A stretch of 54,210 bases of DNA from an uncultured Aquiluna sp. GTDB taxonomy: Bacteria; Actinomycetota; Actinomycetes; Actinomycetales; Microbacteriaceae. Positions within the stretch are counted from its first letter, which is position 1; each line of letters begins with the position of its first letter. The DNA lies in contig CAJYLB010000001.1 of NCBI GenBank assembly GCA_913775595.1, positions 1,191,135-1,245,344 of the forward strand, read 5' to 3'. Below are positions 8,476 through 17,241 of this stretch, one piece after another. The translations under genes were made by a program, and so were the position numbers. Below the pieces are notes generated by a model. The model worked only from the letters and a program-made list of their open reading frames with translations. It was not told the DNA's origin and did not search any database.

Positions 8476-9522
8476 ATGACAGAAATTCAGTTTGGACTGG
8501 ACACCTTCGGCGACATTTCACTTGATGACTCTGGCAATCTCAAAAGTGCTGGCCAGGTAATCAGGGATGTAGTTGCGCAGGCAGTCCATGCTGAACAGCT
8601 CGGTTTTGACAGTTTCAACATCGGCGAGCACCACCGGGACGACTACGCCATCAGCGCCCCAGACACAGTCTTGGCTGGCATTGCCACAGTCACCGATCGA
8701 ATCAAGATTGGCACTGGAGTCACCGTTCTGTCTTCCGAAGACCCAGTAAGGGTCTACCAGCGCTTTGCAACGATCGATGCGCTCTCAAACGGACGAGCTG
8801 AGATTACTGCGGGTCGAGGTTCGTTCACCGAGTCCTTTCCGCTGTTTGGATACGACCTCAGCGAGTATCACGTTCTATTTGAAGAAAAGCTGGAGCTTCT
8901 GGTTGAGCTGCTAAAGGAGAACGCCGTGACATGGCAGGGCACAAAGCGAGCCGGGCTTACCAATCAAGAGGTTTATCCCAAGACCGAGCGCGGCAGCATC
9001 CCATTGCGAGTCGGGGTTGGTGGATCACCAGAATCAGTGCTGAGAGCGGCAAGGCTTGGTATTCCTATGGCCCTTGCAATCATCGGAGGAGATCCCGCGC
9101 GCTTCGCACCTTTCGCGAATCTCTACAGAGAGTCCCTTGCCAAGCTCGGCAAGGAGCAGCTGCCAGTTTCGATCCACTCCCCAGGGCACATTGCTGAGAC
9201 AGACGAGCAGGCAATTGAAGAGCAGTGGCCACACTACGAAACTGCCTTTGGCCGTATTGGTCGGGAGCGAGGCTGGGGGCCAACTACCAAGATGCACTTC
9301 ATTTCTGAGGTGAATGGCGGGTCTTTGTACGTCGGGTCGCCAGAGACCGTTGCAAGAAAAATTGCTTATGCGGTTAGCGCCTTGGGTGCCACGAGGTTTG
9401 ACTTCAAGTACGCCAATGGACCTATGCCTCACAGCAAGCTAATGAAATCTCTAGAGCTCTATGGAACCCAGGTAATTCCGAGGGTTAGAGAGCTATTGGC
9501 CGAGGAAAAAGCAACCGTTTAG
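8476..9522 (+). CDS. LLM-class (luciferase-like) flavin-dependent oxidoreductase
   Basis: GEHH, DPVRVYQRFATID.LS.GRAE, GRGSFTESFPLFGY. Confidence 0.92.
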   Translation: MTEIQFGLDTFGDISLDDSGNLKSAGQVIRDVVAQAVHAEQLGFDSFNIGEHHRDDYAISAPDTVLAGIATVTDRIKIGTGVTVLSSEDPVRVYQRFATIDALSNGRAEITAGRGSFTESFPLFGYDLSEYHVLFEEKLELLVELLKENAVTWQGTKRAGLTNQEVYPKTERGSIPLRVGVGGSPESVLRAARLGIPMALAIIGGDPARFAPFANLYRESLAKLGKEQLPVSIHSPGHIAETDEQAIEEQWPHYETAFGRIGRERGWGPTTKMHFISEVNGGSLYVGSPETVARKIAYAVSALGATRFDFKYANGPMPHSKLMKSLELYGTQVIPRVRELLAEEKATV

Positions 9523-9667
9523 AGCCGCTTATTCATGGCTTCGAATATTTCCGAAATGTTCGGGCTTGTTCTTTATTGTTCGTTTGTGATTATTTTGTTA
9601 TGAAATCAGCGACCTGACCCCTAATTGGGGGATTAGTCTTTTCCCAAGAGTCCAATTAGGAGGTTCA

Positions 9668-10963
9668 ATGCTGAACAAAATCGCGAACCACGAAGTTGAC
9701 CGTCGCCTTGTTTTGAAGGGTGCGGCAGCTGGTGGTCTCGGTATCGCTGGTGCCACCATGCTTGCAGGTTGCGCTAGTGGAACCGGCCCAATCTCGTTCG
9801 GTGCCCGCACCGTTGACGAGTCCCCAACAATCCAGCTTCAGGGTTTGGTTGATGCCTATGTAGCGAAGACCGGTAACGAGGTCACCTACAACGCAACCGA
9901 GTCAAACGCCTTCCAGAACAACTTGTCGCAGTACCTCCAGGGAACCCCTGACGACTGCTTCCAGTGGATGGCTGGATACCGCATGCAGTTCTTCGCTGCA
10001 CAAGACCTTCTCGTCGACATCTCAGATGTTTGGGACGAGATCGGTGACCAGTACAACGAGAGCTACAAGATTGCTTCAACCGGTCTAGACGGCAAGCAGT
10101 ATTTCGTTCCTCAGAGCTGGTACCCATGGGGTCTTCACTTCCGCAAGTCAATGATGGCTGAGATCGGAATGAACCCAGAAGACATCTACAACTGGGATGA
10201 CTTCATGTCAGCCCTTGGTGAGCTCCAGGCTCAGGGCCTTATTGGTCTCGCAGCTGCCGACAAGGGTGGCTGGGAAGCAATGGGTACCTTCGACATCCTC
10301 AACGCTCGTATCAACGGATACCAGTTCCACGTTGACCTTCTAGGTGGCCGTGAGAAGTGGACCGACGACAGGGTTAAGGAAGTCTTCCGCCACTGGGAGA
10401 TGCTGCTTCCGTACCAGAACAGCAACGTTCTTGACCTCGAGTGGGATGGCGCCATGCAGCTTCTACTGCAGCGTCAGGCCGGGTTCTTCATGAACGGTTC
10501 ATGGTTCGGTGGAAACTTCCTCGAGCAGAGCCAGGAAGACTACGACGACCTGATGATCGTTCCATTCCCTGAGATCAACCCAGACCACGGACGCGACACA
10601 GTCGACGCTCCGATTGATGGCTTCTGTGTTGCAAAGAATGGTGCAAACAACGAGGGTGGTAAGGACCTAATCAAGTTCGCTGGTGACATGGAGGGTGTAC
10701 AGGCAATGCTTGACACCGGTATCCCAATGACCTCAGCCAACAACGGTCAGGACCGTTCGAGCTACGACGCCTTCCAGAACGCACAGCTTGCTGTGATGAA
10801 CGAGGCTAAGTACATCACCCAGTTCCTAGACCGCGACACTCGCCCTGACTTCGCAGGCCCAGTAGTTGGCCCTGCGTTCCAGAGCTGGTTCAAGGACCCA
10901 TCGAGCGTTGACTCGATCCTTGAGTCCCTACAGTCGCAGTGGGACGCTCTTCCTCCGCTGTAA
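9668..10963 (+). CDS. Carbohydrate ABC transporter substrate-binding lipoprotein (Tat signal)
   Basis: DRRLVLK twin-arginine motif, LAGC lipobox, CUT1-type sequence, followed by two permeases. Confidence 0.9.
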   Translation: MLNKIANHEVDRRLVLKGAAAGGLGIAGATMLAGCASGTGPISFGARTVDESPTIQLQGLVDAYVAKTGNEVTYNATESNAFQNNLSQYLQGTPDDCFQWMAGYRMQFFAAQDLLVDISDVWDEIGDQYNESYKIASTGLDGKQYFVPQSWYPWGLHFRKSMMAEIGMNPEDIYNWDDFMSALGELQAQGLIGLAAADKGGWEAMGTFDILNARINGYQFHVDLLGGREKWTDDRVKEVFRHWEMLLPYQNSNVLDLEWDGAMQLLLQRQAGFFMNGSWFGGNFLEQSQEDYDDLMIVPFPEINPDHGRDTVDAPIDGFCVAKNGANNEGGKDLIKFAGDMEGVQAMLDTGIPMTSANNGQDRSSYDAFQNAQLAVMNEAKYITQFLDRDTRPDFAGPVVGPAFQSWFKDPSSVDSILESLQSQWDALPPL

Positions 10964-10986
10964 GCAGAGGCTAAAAGCAACAGAGT

Positions 10987-11910
10987 ATGACAACAGAAAC
11001 GGCGGCGCTGAGCAAATCACAAGTAGCTCGGCGTCGCCGTTTCTTTTCAAAGCAAGACAAGGTAACCCTCGGATTCTTTATCGGGATACCGACTTTTCTT
11101 CACGTAGCGCTGGTCTGGTTTCCAGCGCTTGCCACAATCGGCCTCTCGTTCACCTACTGGACCGGCATCCGGATCGAAGACATCGTCTGGGCCGGAATGG
11201 CAAACTACGAGAACATATTTTTCAACACACCAATTTTCTGGGACGCCATTCGAGTTAATACGATCTGGCTCCTCTGGTTCTTCTTCATAGCCACGCCACT
11301 GGGCGTGCTGCTCGCTTATCAAATTGACCGCGAGATACGTGGTCACAAGATTTACCAATCGGCCTACTTCTTGCCGGTTGTGCTCTCACTGGCTGTTACA
11401 GGAATTATCTGGAACTTCTTGCTTCGTCCCGACGGCTTCGTAAACGGCCTGCTGGGGTTGCCGATATCAGAGGCAGTCTCCTTCTTTGGGGATGACCGCT
11501 ACAACATCTGGGTAATCATGATCATGGCCTCATGGAGGCACATCGGCTACATCATGCTTCTCTACTTGGCTGGCCTAAAGGCAGTCGATAGTGCCCTAAG
11601 AGAGGCCGCCACCATTGACGGTGCGACTGAGTGGCAGTCGTTTAGAAAAGTAGTTTTCCCTGCGATGAAGCCGGTAAACATCATCGTTATCGTGATCACA
11701 ATCATCGAGAGCCTCAGGGCCTTCGACATGGTCTATATCATCTACGGCTCTTCTGGAGGCCTCCCGATTTTGGGTGTGCTGGTGTTCAACAACATCGCGG
11801 GTGAGGGAGCTTCTATGAAGGGCGCTGCCTACGCGGTGATTCTCTTCCTGCTCTCGATTGTGCCGATCATCACCTATCTGCAGCAGCAGTTTAAGGATGA
11901 CGTCCGATGA
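10987..11910 (+). CDS. Carbohydrate ABC transporter permease
   Basis: EAA loop (LREAATIDGA); multiple TM segments. Confidence 0.92.
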   Translation: MTTETAALSKSQVARRRRFFSKQDKVTLGFFIGIPTFLHVALVWFPALATIGLSFTYWTGIRIEDIVWAGMANYENIFFNTPIFWDAIRVNTIWLLWFFFIATPLGVLLAYQIDREIRGHKIYQSAYFLPVVLSLAVTGIIWNFLLRPDGFVNGLLGLPISEAVSFFGDDRYNIWVIMIMASWRHIGYIMLLYLAGLKAVDSALREAATIDGATEWQSFRKVVFPAMKPVNIIVIVITIIESLRAFDMVYIIYGSSGGLPILGVLVFNNIAGEGASMKGAAYAVILFLLSIVPIITYLQQQFKDDVR

Positions 11911-12809
11911 CCACGACGATAAAGGTTCCAGAGGTTACAGGGCGCAAGAAGAAGCTTCACGCGCAGCAAATCAAAGACCGCATTATTTCCATCTTTATTG
12001 GAGTCTTTGCCGTTGTCTGGGTCTTCCCAATTGTCTGGACGCTCTGGTCTAGCCTCAGGCCCTACGCAGAGATCCGCGCTGGTGGAGTCTTCTCGCCACC
12101 TCAAGAGCTGGGCCTTTTCAACTATGGAGAAGCTGTAGACAGGATGAACCTGCCGCTGTATTTCGCAAATACAGCTTTGATCACCCTTCCTGCCGTATTC
12201 CTGATTCTGCTCTTTGGCTCTTTGATCGCCTTCGTAGTTACGAGGTACTCTTTCCGCTTCAACGTGGCGATGCTTTTGCTATTTACAGCGGGAAACATGC
12301 TTCCTCCCCAGCTTGTATTCATCCCGGTATTCAAGATGTATCTTGCACTGGGCGACCTGTTTGGAGACAGAAGGCTTTTGTATGACAACCACTGGGGTGT
12401 GGTGCTGATCCACGTTGCCTTCCAGATGGGATTTGCCACCTTCGTCCTCTCCTCATATATGAAGACGATTCCGAAGGAGATTTCAGAGTCCGCGATGGTC
12501 GATGGTGCGAGCGTATTCACCCACTACTTCAGGGTCATGCTTCCACTTCTTAGGCCACCACTTGCAAGTCTCGGTGTTCTCATGATCACCTGGATCTACA
12601 ACGACTTCTTCTGGGCGCTGGTGCTCATGTCAAATGACAGCAAGAGGCCAATCACTTCTGCCCTTGGAAGACTCCAAGGCGAATTCGTGACCGACTATAA
12701 CCTGCTCGCGGCCGGCGCGATGATTGCGGCGTTGCCGACCTTGATCGTGTTCTTTGTGCTTCGCAAGCAGTTCGTTGGTGGACTAACGCTGGGCTCAACT
12801 AAGGGCTAA
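11907..12809 (+). CDS. Carbohydrate ABC transporter permease
   Basis: IPKEISESAMVDGAS EAA loop; 4-bp overlap with the upstream permease. Confidence 0.92.
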   Translation: MTTTIKVPEVTGRKKKLHAQQIKDRIISIFIGVFAVVWVFPIVWTLWSSLRPYAEIRAGGVFSPPQELGLFNYGEAVDRMNLPLYFANTALITLPAVFLILLFGSLIAFVVTRYSFRFNVAMLLLFTAGNMLPPQLVFIPVFKMYLALGDLFGDRRLLYDNHWGVVLIHVAFQMGFATFVLSSYMKTIPKEISESAMVDGASVFTHYFRVMLPLLRPPLASLGVLMITWIYNDFFWALVLMSNDSKRPITSALGRLQGEFVTDYNLLAAGAMIAALPTLIVFFVLRKQFVGGLTLGSTKG

Positions 12810-13994
12810 CTAGGCCCGAACGCTTACGCTCTCGTAGCCTCGAAGAACAAATGTAGGCCTTCTGATTGGTTCTGCTGCGAGTTCCAGCTTCGGGAATCTC
12901 TCTAGCAGCATTGGAAGCGATGTAGTCATTTCCATGCGGGCAAGCGGGGCGCCAATACAGAAGTGAATGCCAGCACCAAAACCGATGTGTGGGTTTGGTG
13001 ATCTTGAAAGGTCTAGCTCGTCAGGGTTCTCGAAAATGGCTTCGTCTCGGTTAGCACTTCCGAGAAGCGCGGCTATCTTCTTTCCCTTCGGCACCATCAC
13101 CCCGCCGACCTCGGTGTCCTCTGTTGCCGTGCGCTCAAACAGGTGAAGCGGAGCATCAAATCTAAGGAACTCATCAACAGCAGTTGCCGCCATACCCCTT
13201 GGGTCTGCAATAAGGCTCTGCCATTGCGACTCTGTCTTTAGGGCAGCCACCATTCCGTTGCCAAAACCATTGACGCTCGCCTCGTGACCTGCGTTCAATA
13301 GCAGAACGCAGGTCGCTATGAGTTCTCTCGCGCTGAGCTTTTCTCCCTGCTCTTCAACGAGGGCAAGCTCCGAGATCAGGTCGCTGCCGGGGTCCTTTTG
13401 TCTTTCGACCATTAGGCCATGGACGTACGCGGCAAACTCATCACTTGCCTGTCTCGCAGCGGCTTTCTCCTGCTCCGTAGGCGACGGCTCATACATCTTC
13501 ACAATTGCTTGTGACCAGGGCCTGAGTAGGTGCTCATCGCTCTCTGGGAATCCGAGCAGCTCGGCTATGACCATTACGGGAAGCGGCTCTGCGAAGTCAG
13601 CAATTAGGTCGAAGGTCTCGTTATTTTGCACCTTGGCTTCGATGCGCTGCAACAGTCGCTGCGTGATCCTTTCGACGTCGGGCCTCAGCTCTTCAATGCG
13701 CTTCGGGTTGAAGGCTTTCATAACGAGGCTTCTTAGTCTGGTGTGTTTGGGTGGCTCGGAGTCCAGAATGGAATCTGCATGTAGGTAGTTGAAGGACTCC
13801 CAGGCATCCTCTGGCTCTTTCGGACTAAAGATTCGACCCAGCGTCCTCGTTCTTAAGACCTGGTTTGCATCTTTGTATTTTGCAGCTAGAAACAACTGGC
13901 TTTCGTCGTGCCAGATTGGCCCGCTGTGAGTTCTCAGCTCAGCAAGCTGAGGGTAGGGGTCTGCAACAAACTCGTGATCGGCGAAGCTAAACAT
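12810..13994 (-). CDS. Cytochrome P450
   Basis: FGAGIHFCIG heme motif, EFLR (ExxR), I-helix AGHEAS, PPKHTRLR. Confidence 0.95.
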   Translation of the reverse strand: MFSFADHEFVADPYPQLAELRTHSGPIWHDESQLFLAAKYKDANQVLRTRTLGRIFSPKEPEDAWESFNYLHADSILDSEPPKHTRLRSLVMKAFNPKRIEELRPDVERITQRLLQRIEAKVQNNETFDLIADFAEPLPVMVIAELLGFPESDEHLLRPWSQAIVKMYEPSPTEQEKAAARQASDEFAAYVHGLMVERQKDPGSDLISELALVEEQGEKLSARELIATCVLLLNAGHEASVNGFGNGMVAALKTESQWQSLIADPRGMAATAVDEFLRFDAPLHLFERTATEDTEVGGVMVPKGKKIAALLGSANRDEAIFENPDELDLSRSPNPHIGFGAGIHFCIGAPLARMEMTTSLPMLLERFPKLELAAEPIRRPTFVLRGYESVSVRA

Positions 13995-14718
13995 CTTTGA
14001 GCTTGATGTCCTCGATCGGGAGCCTTTCGGCTTTGAAAGAGTTCACGCTGTGGTCTGATGGGTACCCAAGCGCGATGCCGCAGAGCAGCTTGTAGTTCTT
14101 TGGAATCTCAAACTGGGCCCTGATGGGATCTGACCAGAGTGCTACGGCACCCTGAGCGCAGGTTCCAAGTCCTCTTGCGTGAGCGCCAAGCATTAGGTTC
14201 TGCATAAAGAGTCCGGCATCTGACACCGAGTACTCTCCAAGCCCTTTGTGGGTGAAGATGAATAGTGCTACTGGAGCCCCGAAGAACTCATAGTTTCTTG
14301 CCCACTGGGCCTGTCTAGCCACATGGTCTTCACGCTTGATACCAAGTAGGCCGTAAAGTTCTGCCCCTACTCGCTGTTGCCTGGGAACAAGTTCTTTGGG
14401 GTAGGGGCGAAAGACTCGGTAGTCGCTCTTTGGAAGACCGAAGCGGGTGAAAAATAGTTTGATTTTGCCCCAGGTGCCGCCTCTGAGGGCCTTGGCTGCC
14501 GCGTCCCACCTGGCAAGAAGATCCTTACTGATTTGGTCGCGCTTTTCACCTGTTGCAATGCCGACAAGGTAGGGGCGGGTGTTTGACCAGGAGGGGGCCG
14601 TCATTGCGTCCGTAAGGAGCTCGTCGATGAGCTCGGGTGAAACGGGTTTATCTAGGAAGTCTCTCGTGGTCCTGCGAGATGCGACAAACTGAACCCAGTC
14701 GTCTCTGTTCACAGCCAC
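13987..14718 (-). CDS. Nitroreductase family protein
   Basis: RRTTRDF, APSWSNTRP, MLGAHARGLGTC, IALGYP. Confidence 0.9.
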   Translation of the reverse strand: MAVNRDDWVQFVASRRTTRDFLDKPVSPELIDELLTDAMTAPSWSNTRPYLVGIATGEKRDQISKDLLARWDAAAKALRGGTWGKIKLFFTRFGLPKSDYRVFRPYPKELVPRQQRVGAELYGLLGIKREDHVARQAQWARNYEFFGAPVALFIFTHKGLGEYSVSDAGLFMQNLMLGAHARGLGTCAQGAVALWSDPIRAQFEIPKNYKLLCGIALGYPSDHSVNSFKAERLPIEDIKLKDV

Positions 14719-14727
14719 AGAGGAAGA

Positions 14728-14841
14728 CTAGCGATAGTTTGCTAGGAAACTTGGGAATGCTGCTCCGATGATGAGCATCACGGGAACGGTGAGGGTTAGT
14801 GCAAGGATCTGAATTAGATCCCAGTCAATCTTTTTTCTCAT
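14728..14841 (-). CDS. Small single-pass membrane peptide, 37 aa (MRKKIDWDLIQILALTLTVPVMLIIGAAFPSFLANYR)
   Basis: AAAGGAG RBS upstream of ATG; fills the gap between the rhodopsin terminator and the nitroreductase; basic N-terminus plus hydrophobic helix. Confidence 0.65.
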   Translation of the reverse strand: MRKKIDWDLIQILALTLTVPVMLIIGAAFPSFLANYR

Positions 14842-14856
14842 CTTTTCTCCTTTGGT

Positions 14857-14890
14857 AAAGAAAAGGGGCGCAGGTTGCCCCGCGCCCCTT
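14857..14890 (-). terminator. Intrinsic terminator of the rhodopsin gene
   Basis: AAGGGGCGC/GCGCCCCTT stem followed by TTCTTT on the minus strand, 11 nt after the stop. Confidence 0.8.
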
Positions 14891-14901
14891 CCTTTGGATT
14901 A

Positions 14902-15660
14902 CTAGTCCTTGAACTCGGACTTTGCGAACTCCTTGTCCTCCTCAGCGCTCTTGATGCGAGCGATGGTGAAGATCATCAGACCGAATAGACACTTCGCCAA
15001 GATGTCAGCGATGGTGTATCCGGTTTCACGTAGTACGAAGCCAGTCTCGTCGAAACCGGTTGCGTTCATGTTTGCAATGAAGGCGATTGGGTAAACACCC
15101 CAGGTCGCGAGAAGAAGAAGACGTAGCTCCTTGATCTTGCGCTGTACAGCCTCGCTCTGGCTCGCCAGGCTCTTACCGAGCTCAACGAACAGTACGTAGA
15201 GGATGTATAGGAATGGGATGGTTGAAAGCAGACCCCAAACCGATGGAGCTAGGCCCATGGTCATTCCGGAGTCGCCTGGGTAACCCAGTGCAATCATCAG
15301 GGCTGCTGCTGGTACCAGGCGAACGAGCAGTGAGCTCTGTGCCTGGCGAGCTAGCGCGAGAACTGCGACGGTCTCGACCAGAAGCAGTGGAACAGTTAGG
15401 AACCAGTCAACGTAACGGTAACCGACGTTGTAAGTGGCTCCGGCGACAGCGTCTGGTCCAAACGCGTGGACGAAGCTGTCGAACATTCTGAAGTAGTGGT
15501 AAGCAGCGATCGCCGTAACCGTTGCCGAGACCATGACAGCCATGCGGTAACGGGGGAGAACACGCTCACGTGCTACGAGAAGAAAGGTGGTAGTAAACAG
15601 CATGCTCGCAATTCCAAGCGAGAGCATGTTGAAGACTACGTTATAACCTTCTGCACTCAT
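14902..15660 (-). CDS. actR: Actinorhodopsin (xanthorhodopsin-clade light-driven proton pump)
   Basis: Seven TM helices, RYVDWFLTVPLLLVE (DTE motif), YHY His, WGLLSTIPF, DILAK retinal Lys. Confidence 0.96.
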   Translation of the reverse strand: MSAEGYNVVFNMLSLGIASMLFTTTFLLVARERVLPRYRMAVMVSATVTAIAAYHYFRMFDSFVHAFGPDAVAGATYNVGYRYVDWFLTVPLLLVETVAVLALARQAQSSLLVRLVPAAALMIALGYPGDSGMTMGLAPSVWGLLSTIPFLYILYVLFVELGKSLASQSEAVQRKIKELRLLLLATWGVYPIAFIANMNATGFDETGFVLRETGYTIADILAKCLFGLMIFTIARIKSAEEDKEFAKSEFKD

Positions 15661-15803
15661 TTATTTATTTTCCTTTCGGCCTTAGGTGTAGGCCGATTCA
15701 GGAGCGAATCGAGGTCTTCGAACTGCTCCGTCGTTGACCTACACATATGTCAAACTACACCCAACCTGAGAAAATCCTGATAAATGTAACGTTTTGGTAA
15801 CGG

Positions 15804-16256
15804 CTAGTAACCAAGAATTAAGATGGCCCCTTCAAGTTCGGCCTCTGAGCCCGTGAAGAAGAACTCGATGTATTGCGGTCCCTTGGCGTTGAGAACCAGT
15901 TGCCCGCGCATCGACTCGATTCTCTCCCCGGTCTCGCCCCTGAGGTCAAACCAGAATTCGCGCACACCCAACGCCATTCCGTGGTTGATAACTCTCAGTT
16001 TGGCGTTTACCCCGACCGAGCTTTCTGCAAGGAGCAGCTGATCGGTTATCTCCAAACCGCCGGCAATATCCAGGACCCCGCAGCTTGTTACCTCGCAGTA
16101 TTGAATATTTCCAAGCTCGAGCTGTTCGATAGTTGCTCTCTTCTGGTCAACATCGAGCTGGGTGCTTAGAGGAATGAGGGCAAGCAGGGACACCAGCACA
16201 CCCAGCAACATTGTGAGTTGCTGACCCCTGGGGGTTATCAGCCATGGTCTTTTCAA
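15804..16256 (-). CDS. Hypothetical membrane-anchored protein
   Basis: GAGG RBS before TTG, one N-terminal TM helix, fills the gap between genes. Confidence 0.65.
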   Translation of the reverse strand: MKRPWLITPRGQQLTMLLGVLVSLLALIPLSTQLDVDQKRATIEQLELGNIQYCEVTSCGVLDIAGGLEITDQLLLAESSVGVNAKLRVINHGMALGVREFWFDLRGETGERIESMRGQLVLNAKGPQYIEFFFTGSEAELEGAILILGY

Positions 16257-16329
16257 TTGCTACCTCTTCGAACAAACAATAGTGATTAGCCACCAGGGTC
16301 AGGCATTTAGACTCGGCTAGCCTTGTGGG

Positions 16330-17241
16330 GTGCAAAGACCTGGAATCAAGATTCACCCTGAAGTTGAGAGCGCATTATCTGGTGGCGCGGCAGTGGTTGC
16401 TTTGGAGTCGACCATTATTTCTCACGGCCTGCCGAGGCCTCAGAACCTGATGGCCGCTAGGTCATTTGAGGAGCTGCTCAGGGCACAGGATGTTGTCCCC
16501 GCAACCATTGCGGTTATTCGTGGCACACCGACTATCGGTCTCACCGATGAGGAACTCGAGCTGATTGCCAATGAAGATATTCCCAAAGCCTCGGTGCGGG
16601 ATCTTCCAATGCTTCAAGCTCACGGACTGAGCGGGGCAACGACTGTTGCCGCCACCGCACACCTAGCAGCGAAGGCCGGCGTCAAGGTTTTTGCCACCGG
16701 TGGCCTCGGGGGAGTTCACAGGGGCGCAAATGAAACCTTTGATGAGTCAGCGGACCTAACCACCCTGGCATCTTCCCCCGTCGTGATAGTTAGTGCGGGA
16801 GTGAAGAGCGTGCTAGACATTGGCGCAACTCTCGAGCGCCTAGAAACTCTGAGCATTCCGGTTGTCGGCTACAAAACCGATGTCTTCCCCGCATTTTGGC
16901 TTCCAGCCTCTGAGTTCGGCCTTGACTGGAAGGTTGACTCTCCAGCCGCTGCGGCCAATGTTTTCCGCGCTATGCAGGATCAGCAAACCAGCTCTGCCTT
17001 GGTTGTTGCGAATCCAGTGCCGGCCGAAGAGGCGTGGGAGAAGAGCGAGCATGACGCGGTTTTGGAAAAGGCCTTTACCGCCGCAGATGAGATGGGTGTT
17101 AGAGGCAAAGAAGTAACACCATTTCTCTTGCAATACATAGTTCAAGAGTCAGAGGGTAGGTCGCTGGAAGTGAATCTGAGCCTGGCTCGGAATAACGTGA
17201 ATGTGGCCGGGGAGATCGCCCGGGCTCTGTCGAGCCAATGA
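16330..17241 (+). CDS. psuG: Pseudouridine-5'-phosphate glycosidase
   Basis: VVALESTIISHG, GATTVAAT, FATGGLGGVHRG, DESADL, GKEVTPFLL. Confidence 0.95.
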   Translation: MQRPGIKIHPEVESALSGGAAVVALESTIISHGLPRPQNLMAARSFEELLRAQDVVPATIAVIRGTPTIGLTDEELELIANEDIPKASVRDLPMLQAHGLSGATTVAATAHLAAKAGVKVFATGGLGGVHRGANETFDESADLTTLASSPVVIVSAGVKSVLDIGATLERLETLSIPVVGYKTDVFPAFWLPASEFGLDWKVDSPAAAANVFRAMQDQQTSSALVVANPVPAEEAWEKSEHDAVLEKAFTAADEMGVRGKEVTPFLLQYIVQESEGRSLEVNLSLARNNVNVAGEIARALSSQ

